NCBI RefSeq assembly: GCF_000011325.1
Contig: NC_003450.3
Coordinates: 300,001-332,000 of the forward strand
Length of the DNA: 32,000 bases
From: Corynebacterium glutamicum ATCC 13032
GTDB lineage: Bacteria; Actinomycetota; Actinomycetes; Mycobacteriales; Mycobacteriaceae
Direction of reading: 5' to 3'
Positions 1 to 9,305 of this stretch are shown here, piece after piece; within the stretch, counting starts at the first letter, position 1, and each line of letters opens with the position of its first letter. The notes beneath the pieces are model-generated. The model worked only from the letters and a program-made list of their open reading frames with translations. It had not been told where the DNA came from and made no database searches. A program made the position numbers and the translations under genes.

Positions 1-1261
1 CTTCTGCGGGGTAAATGTTTTCGCCGCCGGAGATGTACATGTCTTTGATGCGGTCTTTGATGGTGTAGTAGCCGTCTTCATCTTTGATGGCGATATCTCC
101 GGAGTGGTACCAGCCATTTTGTAGTGCGCTGGCGGTGTCTTCTGGTCGGTTCCAGTATCCGGTCATCACATGTGGTCCGCGGATGAGAACTTCGCCGGCC
201 TCTCCGGTGGGGACTTCTTCGCCGGTTTTCGGGTCCACTAGTTTGATGTCGGTGAAGAAGTGGGCTCGACCTGCGGTTCCAAGGTGTGTGCTTGTGTCTG
301 TTGCCTCGAGGATACAGGCGCCCGGTGCGGTTTCTGTCATGCCGAAGCCTTGGACAATTTTTACGTCGCGTCCTTGCCAGATTCGCAGCGCACGTTCGCT
401 AAGGGGAGAGCCGCCCACCATGATGGCGCGAAGGGAAGAAAGGTCGCGTTCGGCAAATGATGGGTGGTTGGACAACATGTCGATCATCGCTGGCACCATG
501 AAGGATTCGGATACCTTGGAGCGTTCGATTTCGTCGAGGACGTGCTCTGCCCGGAATTCGCGGTGGATGATCACCTTTCCGCCCTTCATCATCACCGGGA
601 TGGTGGTCATGTTGAGGCCCGCGATGTGGAATAACGGCGCAGTGGATAAAAGTACCGCGCCTTGTTCAATTTCCTGGCTGAGCAGGGCATTGAAGTAGTT
701 AAAGAAGAGGTTTCGGTGGGATAACATGGCGCCCTTTGGGCGGCCAGTGGTTCCGGAGGTGTACATGAGCAGCGCGATGTCATCATCGCTGACTTCTAGG
801 TCGATGTCGGCGTCGCTCGCCGCTTCAATAAGCGCTTTTCGACGCAAACCTGGACCCTCATCGCCTTCAACGGCCACCATGATGATCTCTGGATGGAGTT
901 CTTGGAGGTAAGTGGCGTGCTCGATGAGGTCGATTCCGTAAAACACGATGCTCGCACCGCTGTCTTGGATGATGTAATCGATTTCGTTTGCCGATAGGCG
1001 AGGGTTAACAAGCACGGGTGTTGCCCCAATGAGGTTCGTTGAAAAGAACACTTCTAGCAGGGCAGGGTGGTTGAATCCGACATAAGCTACTCGATCTTGG
1101 TGCGCAACGCCGAGGTCTAGAAGAGCATGTCCAAGCCGATTGACTCGTTTGCTGAATTCTCCGTAGGTGATGCTGGTGCCTTCGAATTCGATTGCAGTGG
1201 ACTCTGGTCGAACAGTTGCCCTGCGTCGTGGGTAGCTTCCTATTCCGAGGTTCACTTTCAT
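1..1261 (-). CDS. phdA: AMP-dependent acyl-CoA ligase; 3' end runs off the window. Probably the phenylpropanoid:CoA ligase of the phd cluster
   Basis: My own minus-strand translation from ATG (complement of 1259-1261), preceded by AAGGAGA: MKVNLGIGSYPRRRATVRPESTAIEFEGTSITYGEF...LLMYTSGTTGRPKGAMLSHRN, which carries the AMP-binding signature. It is absent from the ORF track because it has no stop in the window. The gene name comes from recalled C. glutamicum phd synteny. Confidence 0.85.
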   Translation of the reverse strand, partial: MKVNLGIGSYPRRRATVRPESTAIEFEGTSITYGEFSKRVNRLGHALLDLGVAHQDRVAYVGFNHPALLEVFFSTNLIGATPVLVNPRLSANEIDYIIQDSGASIVFYGIDLIEHATYLQELHPEIIMVAVEGDEGPGLRRKALIEAASDADIDLEVSDDDIALLMYTSGTTGRPKGAMLSHRNLFFNYFNALLSQEIEQGAVLLSTAPLFHIAGLNMTTIPVMMKGGKVIIHREFRAEHVLDEIERSKVSESFMVPAMIDMLSNHPSFAERDLSSLRAIMVGGSPLSERALRIWQGRDVKIVQGFGMTETAPGACILEATDTSTHLGTAGRAHFFTDIKLVDPKTGEEVPTGEAGEVLIRGPHVMTGYWNRPEDTASALQNGWYHSGDIAIKDEDGYYTIKDRIKDMYISGGENIYPAE

Positions 1262-1307
1262 TCTCCTTTGTGCTTTAGATCACGTTTGAAGTCATTAAAA
1301 GCGTAAA

Positions 1308-1322
1308 CGTTTAAAAAGTCAA
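1308..1322 (-). promoter_or_regulatory. Candidate MarR (PhdR) operator upstream of phdA
   Basis: The minus strand reads TTGACTTTTTAAACG, matching TTGACATTTTCAACG at 2083-2097 at 13 of 15 positions. AACGTT/AAACGTTT palindromes recur nearby at 1306-1313 and 1333-1338. Confidence 0.3.
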
Positions 1323-1466
1323 TCGTTTAAAAAACGTTCTATAGGAAAATTCATCACTCCACAGGGTTTCGGGGGTGGTGATAATCGCTCTTAGCTGCAC
1401 CTTTGTGGATCCTTGCAATAAGTTTGCCCCCGATCTTCACAATTGTGCCGATCTCTAATTGGCATG

Positions 1467-1494
1467 AAAAAACCGGCCATGTGAACATGGCCGG
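1467..1494 (-). terminator. Rho-independent terminator after phdR
   Basis: The minus strand reads CCGGCCATG-TTCA-CATGGCCGG followed by TTTTTT. This is a 9-bp GC-rich stem, 15 nt downstream of the phdR stop. Confidence 0.7.
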
Positions 1495-1508
1495 CGTGGT
1501 TAAGAGAC

Positions 1509-1976
1509 TTAAAAGGCGATTTTGAGCAGCAGTTCCCTTAGTTGTTCTTGCTCGTCGGAGGTGAGGTTTTTTAGAGATTCACCCTCGGCGATGAGGAGGC
1601 GTTTGGTGGCTTCGTCGTGAATTTCCAGACCTTTTTCGGTGGCGATGATGATCTTCGAGCGCCTATCCCGGGGGTCAACTTCCCGGGCCACTAATCCGCG
1701 CTTTTCTAGGAAATCGACCAAGGCAACAATCTGACTTGGGTCTAGGTCGAGAAATGCTCCCAATTCTCGTTGGGTTGGTTTTAATCCGCTGGCCGCTAGG
1801 GACAGTGTGGAGTATTGGCGAACTTTAAGTCCGAGGTCGACTAAGGCTTCGTTTCCTTTGGCGGATCCCTTGGCTCGTGCGCGGGCAGTGAGGAATTGAA
1901 TCTGCTGGGACAATTCGGCCTCGAGGAATCGTTCTGGTCCGCCAATGATCTCGGCGGTGGGGTTGCTGGTGGTCAT
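1509..1976 (-). CDS. phdR: MarR-family transcriptional regulator
   Basis: Track ORF 1509-2036. I prefer the internal ATG at 1976 (MTTSNPTAEII...), which has GGAG 5 nt upstream. The winged-helix MarR core reads ...QYSTLSLAASGLKPTQRELGAFLDLDPSQIVALVDFLEKRGLVAREVDPRDRRSK.... It is divergent from the catabolic operon. Confidence 0.85.
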   Translation of the reverse strand: MTTSNPTAEIIGGPERFLEAELSQQIQFLTARARAKGSAKGNEALVDLGLKVRQYSTLSLAASGLKPTQRELGAFLDLDPSQIVALVDFLEKRGLVAREVDPRDRRSKIIIATEKGLEIHDEATKRLLIAEGESLKNLTSDEQEQLRELLLKIAF

Positions 1977-2082
1977 AGTGGCTCCATGTGAACTGGCTGA
2001 AAAATAGTTTCGATCTTCAATCATTTGAACATGCATGCATTCTGTGCGTCAAGCGAACGATGTAAGTTTTCAAAATTAATAG

Positions 2083-2097
2083 TTGACATTTTCAACG
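2083..2097 (+). promoter_or_regulatory. Candidate MarR (PhdR) operator / -35 region in the phdR-phdB divergent promoter
   Basis: TTGACATTTTCAACG contains the inverted repeat GTTGA-N5-TCAAC (2082-2096) and a TTGACA hexamer. The same 15-mer, with 2 mismatches, lies upstream of phdA. Confidence 0.3.
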
Positions 2098-2166
2098 TTA
2101 TGAGTTTTCATTGGTATCACGCCCCGACGAAGTGTCTGGGATCACAAACCTTCAAAGGAGTTTGAA

Positions 2167-3102
2167 ATGTCTCTCAATGGAAAAGTCGCCATCGTTACCG
2201 GATCTGGTGCAGGACTTGGTCGTTCCTTCGCTCAGGAGCTTGCCCGTCAGGGTGCATCTGTCATCGTCAATGACGTAAACCAGGCAGCCGCAGATGAGAC
2301 TGTCGCAGCAATCACCGAAGCCGGCGGCAAAGCCGCCGCCGTTATCGCCCCCGTTGGACCCTCTGAAAGCGCCGCATTGCTGGTGCGGGAGGCCGTCGAC
2401 AAGTTCGGTTCTTTGGACATTCTTGTCACAAACGCGGGCATCCTTCGTGATAGGTCCCTGCTGAAGATGACGGACGATGATTTCGATGCAGTCATTAACG
2501 TGCACCTCAAGGGCACTTTCACCTGTGTTCGCGAGGCATTTGGATACTTCAAGGAGAATGGAATCGCGGGGCGCATCGTCACGATTGGTTCTCCCACCGG
2601 GCAGCGCGGCAACTTCGGACAGAGCAATTACGCTGCAGCTAAGGCGGGCATTGTGGGTATGGTTCGCACGTGGGCGCTGGAGATGAAGCGCGCAGGTGTC
2701 ACCATTAACGCGATCATTCCGGAAGCAGCCACCGATATGACCAAGACGGTGCCATATTTCCAGAAGGCTGTAGAGGCCGATGAGCGTGGCGAGGCCATGC
2801 CAGCATTCTTCCGCGAGACCCTAGGTTTTGGCACTCCTCAGGATGTTGCGGGACTTGTGGCCTTCCTTTCCTCTGATGAGGCAGCGAATATTTCTGGACA
2901 GGCCATCGGTGCAGGCGGCGACCGCATGCAGGTGTGGAAGCACCCAGAGCCAGCAGTTACTGAATTTAACCCAGGTGGCTGGACCTATGAAGCACTGCAG
3001 GAACGTGGCAAGAACATTATTGAGGGCAACCTGCAGTCCGTCGGTGTCGTTTTCCCTGAACTGCCGGCAGAGCTTCAGCCACAAATCCCAGTCAAGGCAT
3101 AA
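2167..3102 (+). CDS. phdB: Short-chain dehydrogenase/reductase (3-hydroxyacyl-CoA dehydrogenase type)
   Basis: RBS AAAGGAG. TGSGAGLG cofactor motif and YAAAK catalytic motif. 311 aa including a C-terminal extension. Confidence 0.9.
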   Translation: MSLNGKVAIVTGSGAGLGRSFAQELARQGASVIVNDVNQAAADETVAAITEAGGKAAAVIAPVGPSESAALLVREAVDKFGSLDILVTNAGILRDRSLLKMTDDDFDAVINVHLKGTFTCVREAFGYFKENGIAGRIVTIGSPTGQRGNFGQSNYAAAKAGIVGMVRTWALEMKRAGVTINAIIPEAATDMTKTVPYFQKAVEADERGEAMPAFFRETLGFGTPQDVAGLVAFLSSDEAANISGQAIGAGGDRMQVWKHPEPAVTEFNPGGWTYEALQERGKNIIEGNLQSVGVVFPELPAELQPQIPVKA

Positions 3103-3132
3103 CACCGCACACCAAGAATTTTAGGAGGGGTC

Positions 3133-4077
3133 ATGAGCAACAACGTAGTGAAATATGAGTGCGCGGTCGACGCCGACAACATTGTCGCAGTCGATATGCA
3201 TGTGCACTTGGAAGTCGACAGCTGCGGACACAAATCGATGCCGGCAGACATCATGGCGGCATCCTCGAAGTACTTTAAGACCGCGGAACGAACTCCCTCA
3301 GCAGATGCCATTGCTGATATTTATAGGGAACACAAGATGGCGGCGGTGGTTTTCACCATCGATGCGCGGACCCAAATGGGGCATCTGCCGAACTCGATTG
3401 ATGATTTGGTGGCAAGCTGTGCCCGCAACAATGACGTGCTGATCCCTTTTGGCAGTGTGGATCCTCGTACCGGCGAGGACGCGCTGGTGGAAGCTCGCCG
3501 ACAGGTGGAAGAACTCGGGGTGCGAGGCTTCAAATTCCATCCATCGGTTCAAGGATTCGACCCATCCGCGCCAGAGTTCTACCCACTGTGGGAATTGCTC
3601 GAAAGTTTTGGATTGCCATGCGTGTTCCATACCGGACAAAACGGCATGGGTGCAGGTCTTCCAGGTGGTCGAGGCATTAAGCTGCGCTTCTCCAACCCAA
3701 TGTTGCTTGATGATGTTGCGGCGGACTTCCCGAACCTGACCATCATCATGGCGCACCCTTCTGTTCCTTGGCAGGATGAGGCTAACTCGATTGCCACCCA
3801 CAAGGCCAATGTGTTCATTGATCTTTCCGGCTGGTCGCCGAAGTATTTCCCAGAGTCTTTGGTCAGACAGTCCAATAACGTGCTATCCAAGAAGGTGCTG
3901 TTTGGCACGGACTTCCCGCTGATTACCCCAGAGAAATGGCTTGCGGCTTTCGCGAATCTGCCACTGAAGGATGAGGTTCGTCCGGGAATCCTCAAAGACA
4001 ATGCGGTGAAGGTACTTGGCCTAGCCGCTAGCACTGAGCGCGGATCTCAAGCAGAAAAGGTCGTGCAACATGCGTGA
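3133..4077 (+). CDS. phdC: Amidohydrolase-2 family TIM-barrel metal hydrolase (recalled role: 3-oxoacyl-CoA ketohydrolase)
   Basis: RBS AGGAGGGG. N-terminal metal motif DMHVHLE (HxH). Overall amidohydrolase_2-like sequence. Confidence 0.85.
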   Translation: MSNNVVKYECAVDADNIVAVDMHVHLEVDSCGHKSMPADIMAASSKYFKTAERTPSADAIADIYREHKMAAVVFTIDARTQMGHLPNSIDDLVASCARNNDVLIPFGSVDPRTGEDALVEARRQVEELGVRGFKFHPSVQGFDPSAPEFYPLWELLESFGLPCVFHTGQNGMGAGLPGGRGIKLRFSNPMLLDDVAADFPNLTIIMAHPSVPWQDEANSIATHKANVFIDLSGWSPKYFPESLVRQSNNVLSKKVLFGTDFPLITPEKWLAAFANLPLKDEVRPGILKDNAVKVLGLAASTERGSQAEKVVQHA

Positions 4078-5266
4078 TCCCATTCAAGGTGCTGTTATTC
4101 CTTCTGATCTTTTTGGTTTCGCAGAAGTTCTCACCGAAGCCGAACGCGCAGTTCTTCTGGAAACCCGCAGGGTGCTTGAGGAAGAGGTGAAGCCTTATAT
4201 TAATGAGGCCTGGGATAAGGCAGTCTTCCCCGATGAGATCGTGCAGCCCCTCCAAGATCTGCAATTGCTTGATCCGCCTGCACTTCGGGAAGCAGGGGAG
4301 TCGGTTCGAGACATTTTCACTGGTTTCCGCAATTTTGAACTCGCGCGCTGTGACATCAATGTTGGTACCTATTACAACGCATCTGCTGGTCTCTTCCGAA
4401 CGGCCTGCATGGTTGGTGGCTCCCCGGAGCAGGCGCAGCGATTGGATGCGCAGATCAAATCTGGTGAGGTCAAGGGCGTTTTTGCACTGACGGAACCTGA
4501 TCATGGCTCTGATATCGCAGGTGGTCTGGCAACCACGGCCACTAAGGACGCAGACACCGGCGAGTGGATTATCAATGGTGAAAAACGGTGGATCGGTGGT
4601 GCTTCCACTGCTGATTTGATCGCTACCTTCGCCAGGGATACAGCCGATAACCAGGTGAAATGCTTCCTCGTGGCACCTCAGGCAGAGGGCGTGTCCATGG
4701 AGATTATTGATCGCAAAGCCTCACTGCGCATCATGCAAAATGCACACATTACCTATAACAATGTCCGGGTGTCTGGGGATGCGCGGCTGCACAACATCAA
4801 TTCTTTCAAGGATGTTTCGGAATGCCTGCGCCGTATGCGTTCCGATGTGGCGTGGATGGCGGTCGGTGCGCAGGCAGGTGCCTATGAAGCAGCCGTGAAG
4901 TATGTGCGCAGCAGGGAACAGTTTGGCCGTCCGATCGCGGGGTTCCAGTTGATTCAGGAAAAGCTCGCGCTCATGCTGGGCAATCTCACGGCGTCGCTGG
5001 GCATGATGGTCAAACTCACCGATCAGCAGCAGGCGGGAATTTTCAAAGAGGAAAACTCCGCGCTGGCGAAAATGTTTACCTCGCTCAAACTTCGGGAGAC
5101 CGCTAGTTGGGCGCGGGAAATCTGCGGAGGCAACGGCATCATTTTGGACAACGATGTTGCCCGGTTCCATGCCGATGCAGAAGCCGTCTATTCATATGAA
5201 GGCACCCACGAAATCAATGCACTCATCGTTGGTCGCGCCATCACGGGCGTCAGCGCTTTTATCTAA
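4070..5266 (+). CDS. phdD: Acyl-CoA dehydrogenase
   Basis: 398 aa with typical ACAD sequence (...FALTEPDHGSDIAG..., ...YEGTHEINALIVGRAITG...). Its ATG overlaps the phdC stop by 8 nt. Confidence 0.9.
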   Translation: MRDPIQGAVIPSDLFGFAEVLTEAERAVLLETRRVLEEEVKPYINEAWDKAVFPDEIVQPLQDLQLLDPPALREAGESVRDIFTGFRNFELARCDINVGTYYNASAGLFRTACMVGGSPEQAQRLDAQIKSGEVKGVFALTEPDHGSDIAGGLATTATKDADTGEWIINGEKRWIGGASTADLIATFARDTADNQVKCFLVAPQAEGVSMEIIDRKASLRIMQNAHITYNNVRVSGDARLHNINSFKDVSECLRRMRSDVAWMAVGAQAGAYEAAVKYVRSREQFGRPIAGFQLIQEKLALMLGNLTASLGMMVKLTDQQQAGIFKEENSALAKMFTSLKLRETASWAREICGGNGIILDNDVARFHADAEAVYSYEGTHEINALIVGRAITGVSAFI

Positions 5267-5287
5267 CACACTTTTAAGGAGAACATC

Positions 5288-5761
5288 ATGACTACTTCCA
5301 CCACCCCAAACACCATCGTTTCTTTCGAAGACGCACCAACCCTCACCGGCCAGGACCTGGGCTTTTCGCAGTGGCGCACTGTCACCCAGGAGATGGTGAA
5401 CACCTTCGCGGACGCAACTGATGATCAGCAGTGGATTCACACTGATCCTGAGCGCGCCAAGGACGGTCCTTTTGGTGGCGCAATTGCCCACGGTTTCCTC
5501 ACCTTGTCCATGATCATTCCGTTCTGGGGCGAGCTTCTCGATGTCACCGGCGTGACCACCAAGGTGAACTATGGCCTGGATAAGGTGCGTTTCACCTCTC
5601 CCGTCAAGGTCGGTTCCCGCATCCGCATGGGCGCTGTGGTCCGTGAGATCTCTGAGGTGAAGGGCAATGGCCTGCACCTGGTCGCCGATGGCACTATTGA
5701 GATCGAAGGGCAGGAGCGCCCGGCCGTCGTAGCTACCTTCCTCACCCGCTTCTACGCTTAA
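5288..5761 (+). CDS. phdE: MaoC-like (R)-specific enoyl-CoA hydratase, hot-dog fold
   Basis: RBS AAGGAGA. MaoC signature ...DDQQWIHTDPERAKDGPFGGAIAHGFLTLS.... Confidence 0.9.
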   Translation: MTTSTTPNTIVSFEDAPTLTGQDLGFSQWRTVTQEMVNTFADATDDQQWIHTDPERAKDGPFGGAIAHGFLTLSMIIPFWGELLDVTGVTTKVNYGLDKVRFTSPVKVGSRIRMGAVVREISEVKGNGLHLVADGTIEIEGQERPAVVATFLTRFYA

Positions 5762-5792
5762 AAGCTTGCTTCTCGACGCAAAAACCCATCCG

Positions 5793-5830
5793 GCGCATCC
5801 CTTCAATGTTAGGGGTGCGCTGCTATTTTT
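5793..5830 (+). terminator. Probable terminator of the phdBCDE operon
   Basis: GCGCATCCC-N10-GGGGTGCGC stem (one G-U pair), followed by TGCTATTTTT. Confidence 0.5.
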
Positions 5831-5857
5831 CTCCCCAGTTCTACGAAATGACTTATT

Positions 5858-6703
5858 GTGACTAAGCTTGAGCGCATGGAGCATCCTGCTTACAGCCAAT
5901 TGCGGCCGGTTACCCCGTCCGCATCTGTTGTTTTGTGCCCTAATCCCGGTTACAGCTCGCTGGAAGGCACTAATTCTTGGGTTATCCGGGCACCAGAAGA
6001 CCCCCGGAGCATTGTCATCGATCCAGGTCCTGAAGATGAGGGCCACCTTAACGTCTTGCATTCCAAGGCTGAGGAGGTGGGTTTGATTCTTCTGACCCAC
6101 CGTCACTATGATCATGCTGACGGCGCACAGCGTTTCCGTCAGCTGACCAATGCACCTGTGCGTGCGATGGACCCTTCGTACTGTGCTGGTGCGGAGGAGA
6201 TTCATGATGGTGAGATCATCACGATCGACGGTGTCACCCCACAGATTGAGGTGGTGGCCACACCTGGTCATACCCGTGATTCTGTGTCTTATTTCATCTG
6301 GAGTGGAGTCCCTCATGAGTCCACTTTGGAGGGCATCGTTTCTGGCGACACCATTGCGGGTCGTCACACCACGATGATTTCAGAGACCGACGGCGATTTG
6401 GGTGAGTACCTGAATTCTTTGGCCATTTTGGAGGAGCGCGGCAAGGATATTCCGCTGCTTCCAGGACATGGTCCAGATGGACAGGACGTGTCCTCCTTCG
6501 CGCGTAAGTACATTGAGCGTCGTGAGCTGCGTCTGAACCAGATCCGTGAGGTATGGGAGACCCGTGGCCGTGACGTGTCCATGAAGGATCTCATCGACGC
6601 CATCTACGATGATGTTGATCCAGTTCTGCGTGGTGCAGCCGAGCAGTCCACTCATGTGGCTATTCGTTACCTGCAGGCTCAGGAAGCTTCCGCCTCAAAC
6701 TAA
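5858..6703 (+). CDS. MBL-fold metallo-hydrolase (glyoxalase II-like)
   Basis: HxHxDH motif (THRHYDHADG). GTG at 5858 per the track. The ATG at 5876 (MEHPAYSQLRPV...) is an equally plausible start. Confidence 0.85.
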   Translation: MTKLERMEHPAYSQLRPVTPSASVVLCPNPGYSSLEGTNSWVIRAPEDPRSIVIDPGPEDEGHLNVLHSKAEEVGLILLTHRHYDHADGAQRFRQLTNAPVRAMDPSYCAGAEEIHDGEIITIDGVTPQIEVVATPGHTRDSVSYFIWSGVPHESTLEGIVSGDTIAGRHTTMISETDGDLGEYLNSLAILEERGKDIPLLPGHGPDGQDVSSFARKYIERRELRLNQIREVWETRGRDVSMKDLIDAIYDDVDPVLRGAAEQSTHVAIRYLQAQEASASN

Positions 6704-6726
6704 ACACTTTTAACTAAACAACAAAG

Positions 6727-6765
6727 AAAGCGCCTAATCAGTATGAAACTGATCAGGCGCTTTTT
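6727..6765. terminator. Bidirectional terminator between the MBL gene and glxR
   Basis: AGCGCCTAATCAG-N7-CTGATCAGGCGCT (13-bp stem, 1 mismatch), flanked by an A-rich tract (AAAGAAA) and TTTTT. Confidence 0.75.
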
Positions 6766-6778
6766 AGCGCTTTGGTGA

Positions 6779-7462
6779 TTATCGAGCGCGACGTGCCAAA
6801 TGCTCGGTGTCCACAATGAGGACGGACTTGCCCTCGAGGCGAATCCAGCCACGGTGTGCGAACGTTGCAAGAGCCTTATTCACAGTTTCACGGGAAGCAC
6901 CGACGAGCTGTGCGATTTCTTCCTGAGTGAGGTCGTGGTTCACGCGCAGCGCGCCAGCTTCTTGGGTGCCGAAGCGGTTAGCCAGCTGCAGAAGGGTCTT
7001 AGCAACGCGGCCTGGGACGTCGGTGAAGATGAGGTCAGCCAGGGAAGCGTTGGTGCGACGCAGACGACGAGCCAGAACGCGCAGGAGCTGCTCAGCGATA
7101 GCTGGGTGGTCAGCTACCCAGTTGCGCAGCATGTCAGAGTTCATGGTTGCTGCATGAACTTCGGTGACACACACTGCAGAGGAGGTGCGTGGGCCTGGGT
7201 CGAAGATGGAGAGCTCACCGAACATGTCGGAAGGACCCATGATGGTCAGCAGGTTTTCGCGGCCGTCCGGTGCGTGGCGCGCAAGCTTCACTTTGCCGGA
7301 GGTGATGATGTAAAGGCGGTCACCTGGCTCGCCCTCGTCGAAGATGGTTGCTCCGCGTGGGAAGCGAACGGTCTCCATATCCTGGATGAGGTTATTGACT
7401 GCCGTTGGGTCAACGCCTTGAAAAATTCCGGCGCGCGACAGGATCTCCTGTACACCTTCCAC
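6779..7462 (-). CDS. glxR: CRP/FNR-family cAMP-dependent global regulator
   Basis: 227 aa. I recognise the sequence as GlxR/Crp: a cNMP-binding domain plus a C-terminal HTH (...[20 protein letters not shown]...). GTG start with AAGGAGAAAAGCA upstream. Confidence 0.95.
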
Positions 7463-7723
7463 TGCTTTTCTCCTTCATCTGCACACATCTTGTTTGAGTC
7501 CGGATGAGTGGCAACACCTGGGGTGTTAGGGTTTGAGATAAAATCCGGATGACACCTAACTGGAGGCATCTATTAATGTGGCAAAGACCACTCTACTATG
7601 CAATTGGTCACCATGTTAGTGCATTTGGCTAAAATGTCACACTTTAGAAACCGTAATTTCAATATTCACAGATTGCTGGCAGCCAAAGTTTATTTTGAAT
7701 AAATCTTTCAAAATAACCCTTAT

Positions 7724-7918
7724 TTAGGCAGCTGATGCTTCCTGCACGTCACCGTCATTTAAGTTTTCTGCACCGATAGCGTCCTTTGCTAACTTTACCT
7801 CAGTGTTCTGCGGAGCGTTGGAGTGCAGGAAAGAAGACTCGATTCGCTCCATCGCAAATGCAAAAAGCATCAGCAAGAGCGGGATGATCACCACAAGCAA
7901 ACCTGTCATGGGAGTCAT
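7724..7918 (-). CDS. Small hypothetical membrane protein (64 aa)
   Basis: One N-terminal TM helix (LLVVIIPLLLMLFAFAM). It occupies the same position as the small membrane protein between crp and nth in mycobacteria. Confidence 0.5.
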   Translation of the reverse strand: MTPMTGLLVVIIPLLLMLFAFAMERIESSFLHSNAPQNTEVKLAKDAIGAENLNDGDVQEASAA

Positions 7919-7954
7919 TCTAATGATGAATCAAATCCGCGCTAACTTAAGGGT

Positions 7955-8737
7955 ATGGGTTCCATTACTCCGCAGAAGCGGCCTCGCGTGGGGTCTCACA
8001 TCGCGAACAAGGGTCAAGAGACTGATATCGGGCGAAAACGCCGAGCTCGACGCATCAATCGCACACTCACCGTGGCATATCCGGATGCGCACTGCGAATT
8101 AGATTTCACCAATCCGCTAGAACTCACGGTCGCCACCATTTTGTCCGCCCAGTGCACGGACGTTCGCGTGAACCAGGTGACGCCCGCGTTGTTCAAGCGC
8201 TATCCGACGGCCACAGATTACGCCAACGCCGATCGCACGGAATTGGAGGAGTTCATCCGTCCGACAGGCTTTTACCGCAACAAGGCCACTTCTTTAATCG
8301 GCCTGGGTGAGGCACTAATTTCGCTTCACGACGGCCAGGTCCCCGGTACCCTTGAGCAGCTAGTTGAGCTGCCGGGGGTCGGGCGGAAAACCGCCAACGT
8401 GGTGCTGGGAAATGCTTTCGGTGTTCCGGGAATCACGGTGGATACACACTTTGGCAGGTTGGTGCGTCGCCTGAAGCTCACTGATGAAGAAGATCCCGTC
8501 AAGGTGGAAAAAGTGATGAACGAACTCATCGAAAAGCCTGAGTGGACCATGTTTTCACATAGGCTGATCTTCCACGGACGTAGGATATGTCATAGTCGAC
8601 GCGCCGCCTGTGGAGCCTGCATGCTGGCAGCTGATTGCCCATCCTTTGGTTTGGAGGGGCCGTCAGATCCATTTGAGGCGCAAAAACTCATTAAAAGTGA
8701 TGATAGGGAGCACCTGCTGAAAATGGCAGGAATGTAG
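7955..8737 (+). CDS. nth: Endonuclease III
   Basis: HhH-GPD motif ([14 protein letters not shown]) and the 4Fe-4S ligand pattern C-X6-C-X2-C-X5-C ([17 protein letters not shown]). TAACTT lies 6 nt upstream of the ATG, so the transcript may be leaderless. Confidence 0.95.
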   Translation: MGSITPQKRPRVGSHIANKGQETDIGRKRRARRINRTLTVAYPDAHCELDFTNPLELTVATILSAQCTDVRVNQVTPALFKRYPTATDYANADRTELEEFIRPTGFYRNKATSLIGLGEALISLHDGQVPGTLEQLVELPGVGRKTANVVLGNAFGVPGITVDTHFGRLVRRLKLTDEEDPVKVEKVMNELIEKPEWTMFSHRLIFHGRRICHSRRAACGACMLAADCPSFGLEGPSDPFEAQKLIKSDDREHLLKMAGM

Positions 8738-8744
8738 AAAACAA

Positions 8745-9305
8745 ATGACAAGCAGTGCAAAGTGGTCCATCGTTGGAGTTGTCGCCATCCTGGCTGTGAT
8801 CGTTGCGTTAATCCCGCAGCTTGTGGGTGGAGAAAGCGCAGAGGAAGCGCAGGGGGAGACGTCGACAAGCAAAATTACGACGCGTCCTGACTGCGTGGCC
8901 TCTGGCGCGGCGGGTGTGGATCTGCCCTGCTTGGGCGGCGCCAACGGCGTCGGCAACGAGCTGGCCACCGTGGTGAATCTGTGGGCGTGGTGGTGCGAAC
9001 CGTGCCGCGCGGAGCTGCCGATTTTTGATGAATTCGCCACCACCCACCCCGAACTCAACGTCATTGGCGTGCATGCAGACCAAAACGCAGCCAACGGCGC
9101 CGCACTCCTTGAGGATCTGGGCGTGAATCTTGCAAGCTACCAAGACGATTCCAACCTGTTCGCAGGCACCCTTGGGCTGCCGGGCGTCGTGCCGATCACC
9201 ATCGTGGTTTCTCCAGACGGCAATGTAGTGGACACCTTCCCGCAGCCTTTCGAAACCATCGATGACCTCGAAACCGCTGTGGCAGGGGCGCTGCAGAATG
9301 CGTAA
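8745..9305 (+). CDS. TlpA-like membrane-anchored thioredoxin / thiol-disulfide oxidoreductase
   Basis: N-terminal signal anchor and a WCEPC active site. Confidence 0.85.
   Translation: MTSSAKWSIVGVVAILAVIVALIPQLVGGESAEEAQGETSTSKITTRPDCVASGAAGVDLPCLGGANGVGNELATVVNLWAWWCEPCRAELPIFDEFATTHPELNVIGVHADQNAANGAALLEDLGVNLASYQDDSNLFAGTLGLPGVVPITIVVSPDGNVVDTFPQPFETIDDLETAVAGALQNA

Noticed and set aside
84-698. 204-aa + strand ORF (and the smaller ORFs at 260-460, 726-911 and 796-1029)
   Set aside because: It is antisense or out of frame to the clearly recognisable acyl-CoA ligase on the minus strand (YTSGTTGRPKG motif). The sequence is low-complexity, Pro/Arg/Ser-rich, typical of wrong-frame translation in high-GC DNA.
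5192-6367. 391-aa minus-strand ORF
   Set aside because: It runs antisense across the phdD 3' end, phdE, an intergenic terminator and the MBL hydrolase. It has no recognisable domain, while the plus-strand genes have clear motifs.
6800-7507. 235-aa + strand ORF
   Set aside because: It is exactly antisense to glxR, whose product I recognise confidently.
7577-7592. Possible GlxR autoregulatory site TGTGGCAAAGACCACT upstream of glxR
   Set aside because: It matches the TGTGA-N6-TCACA consensus at only 7 of 10 half-site positions, which is too weak to call without a scoring matrix or binding data.
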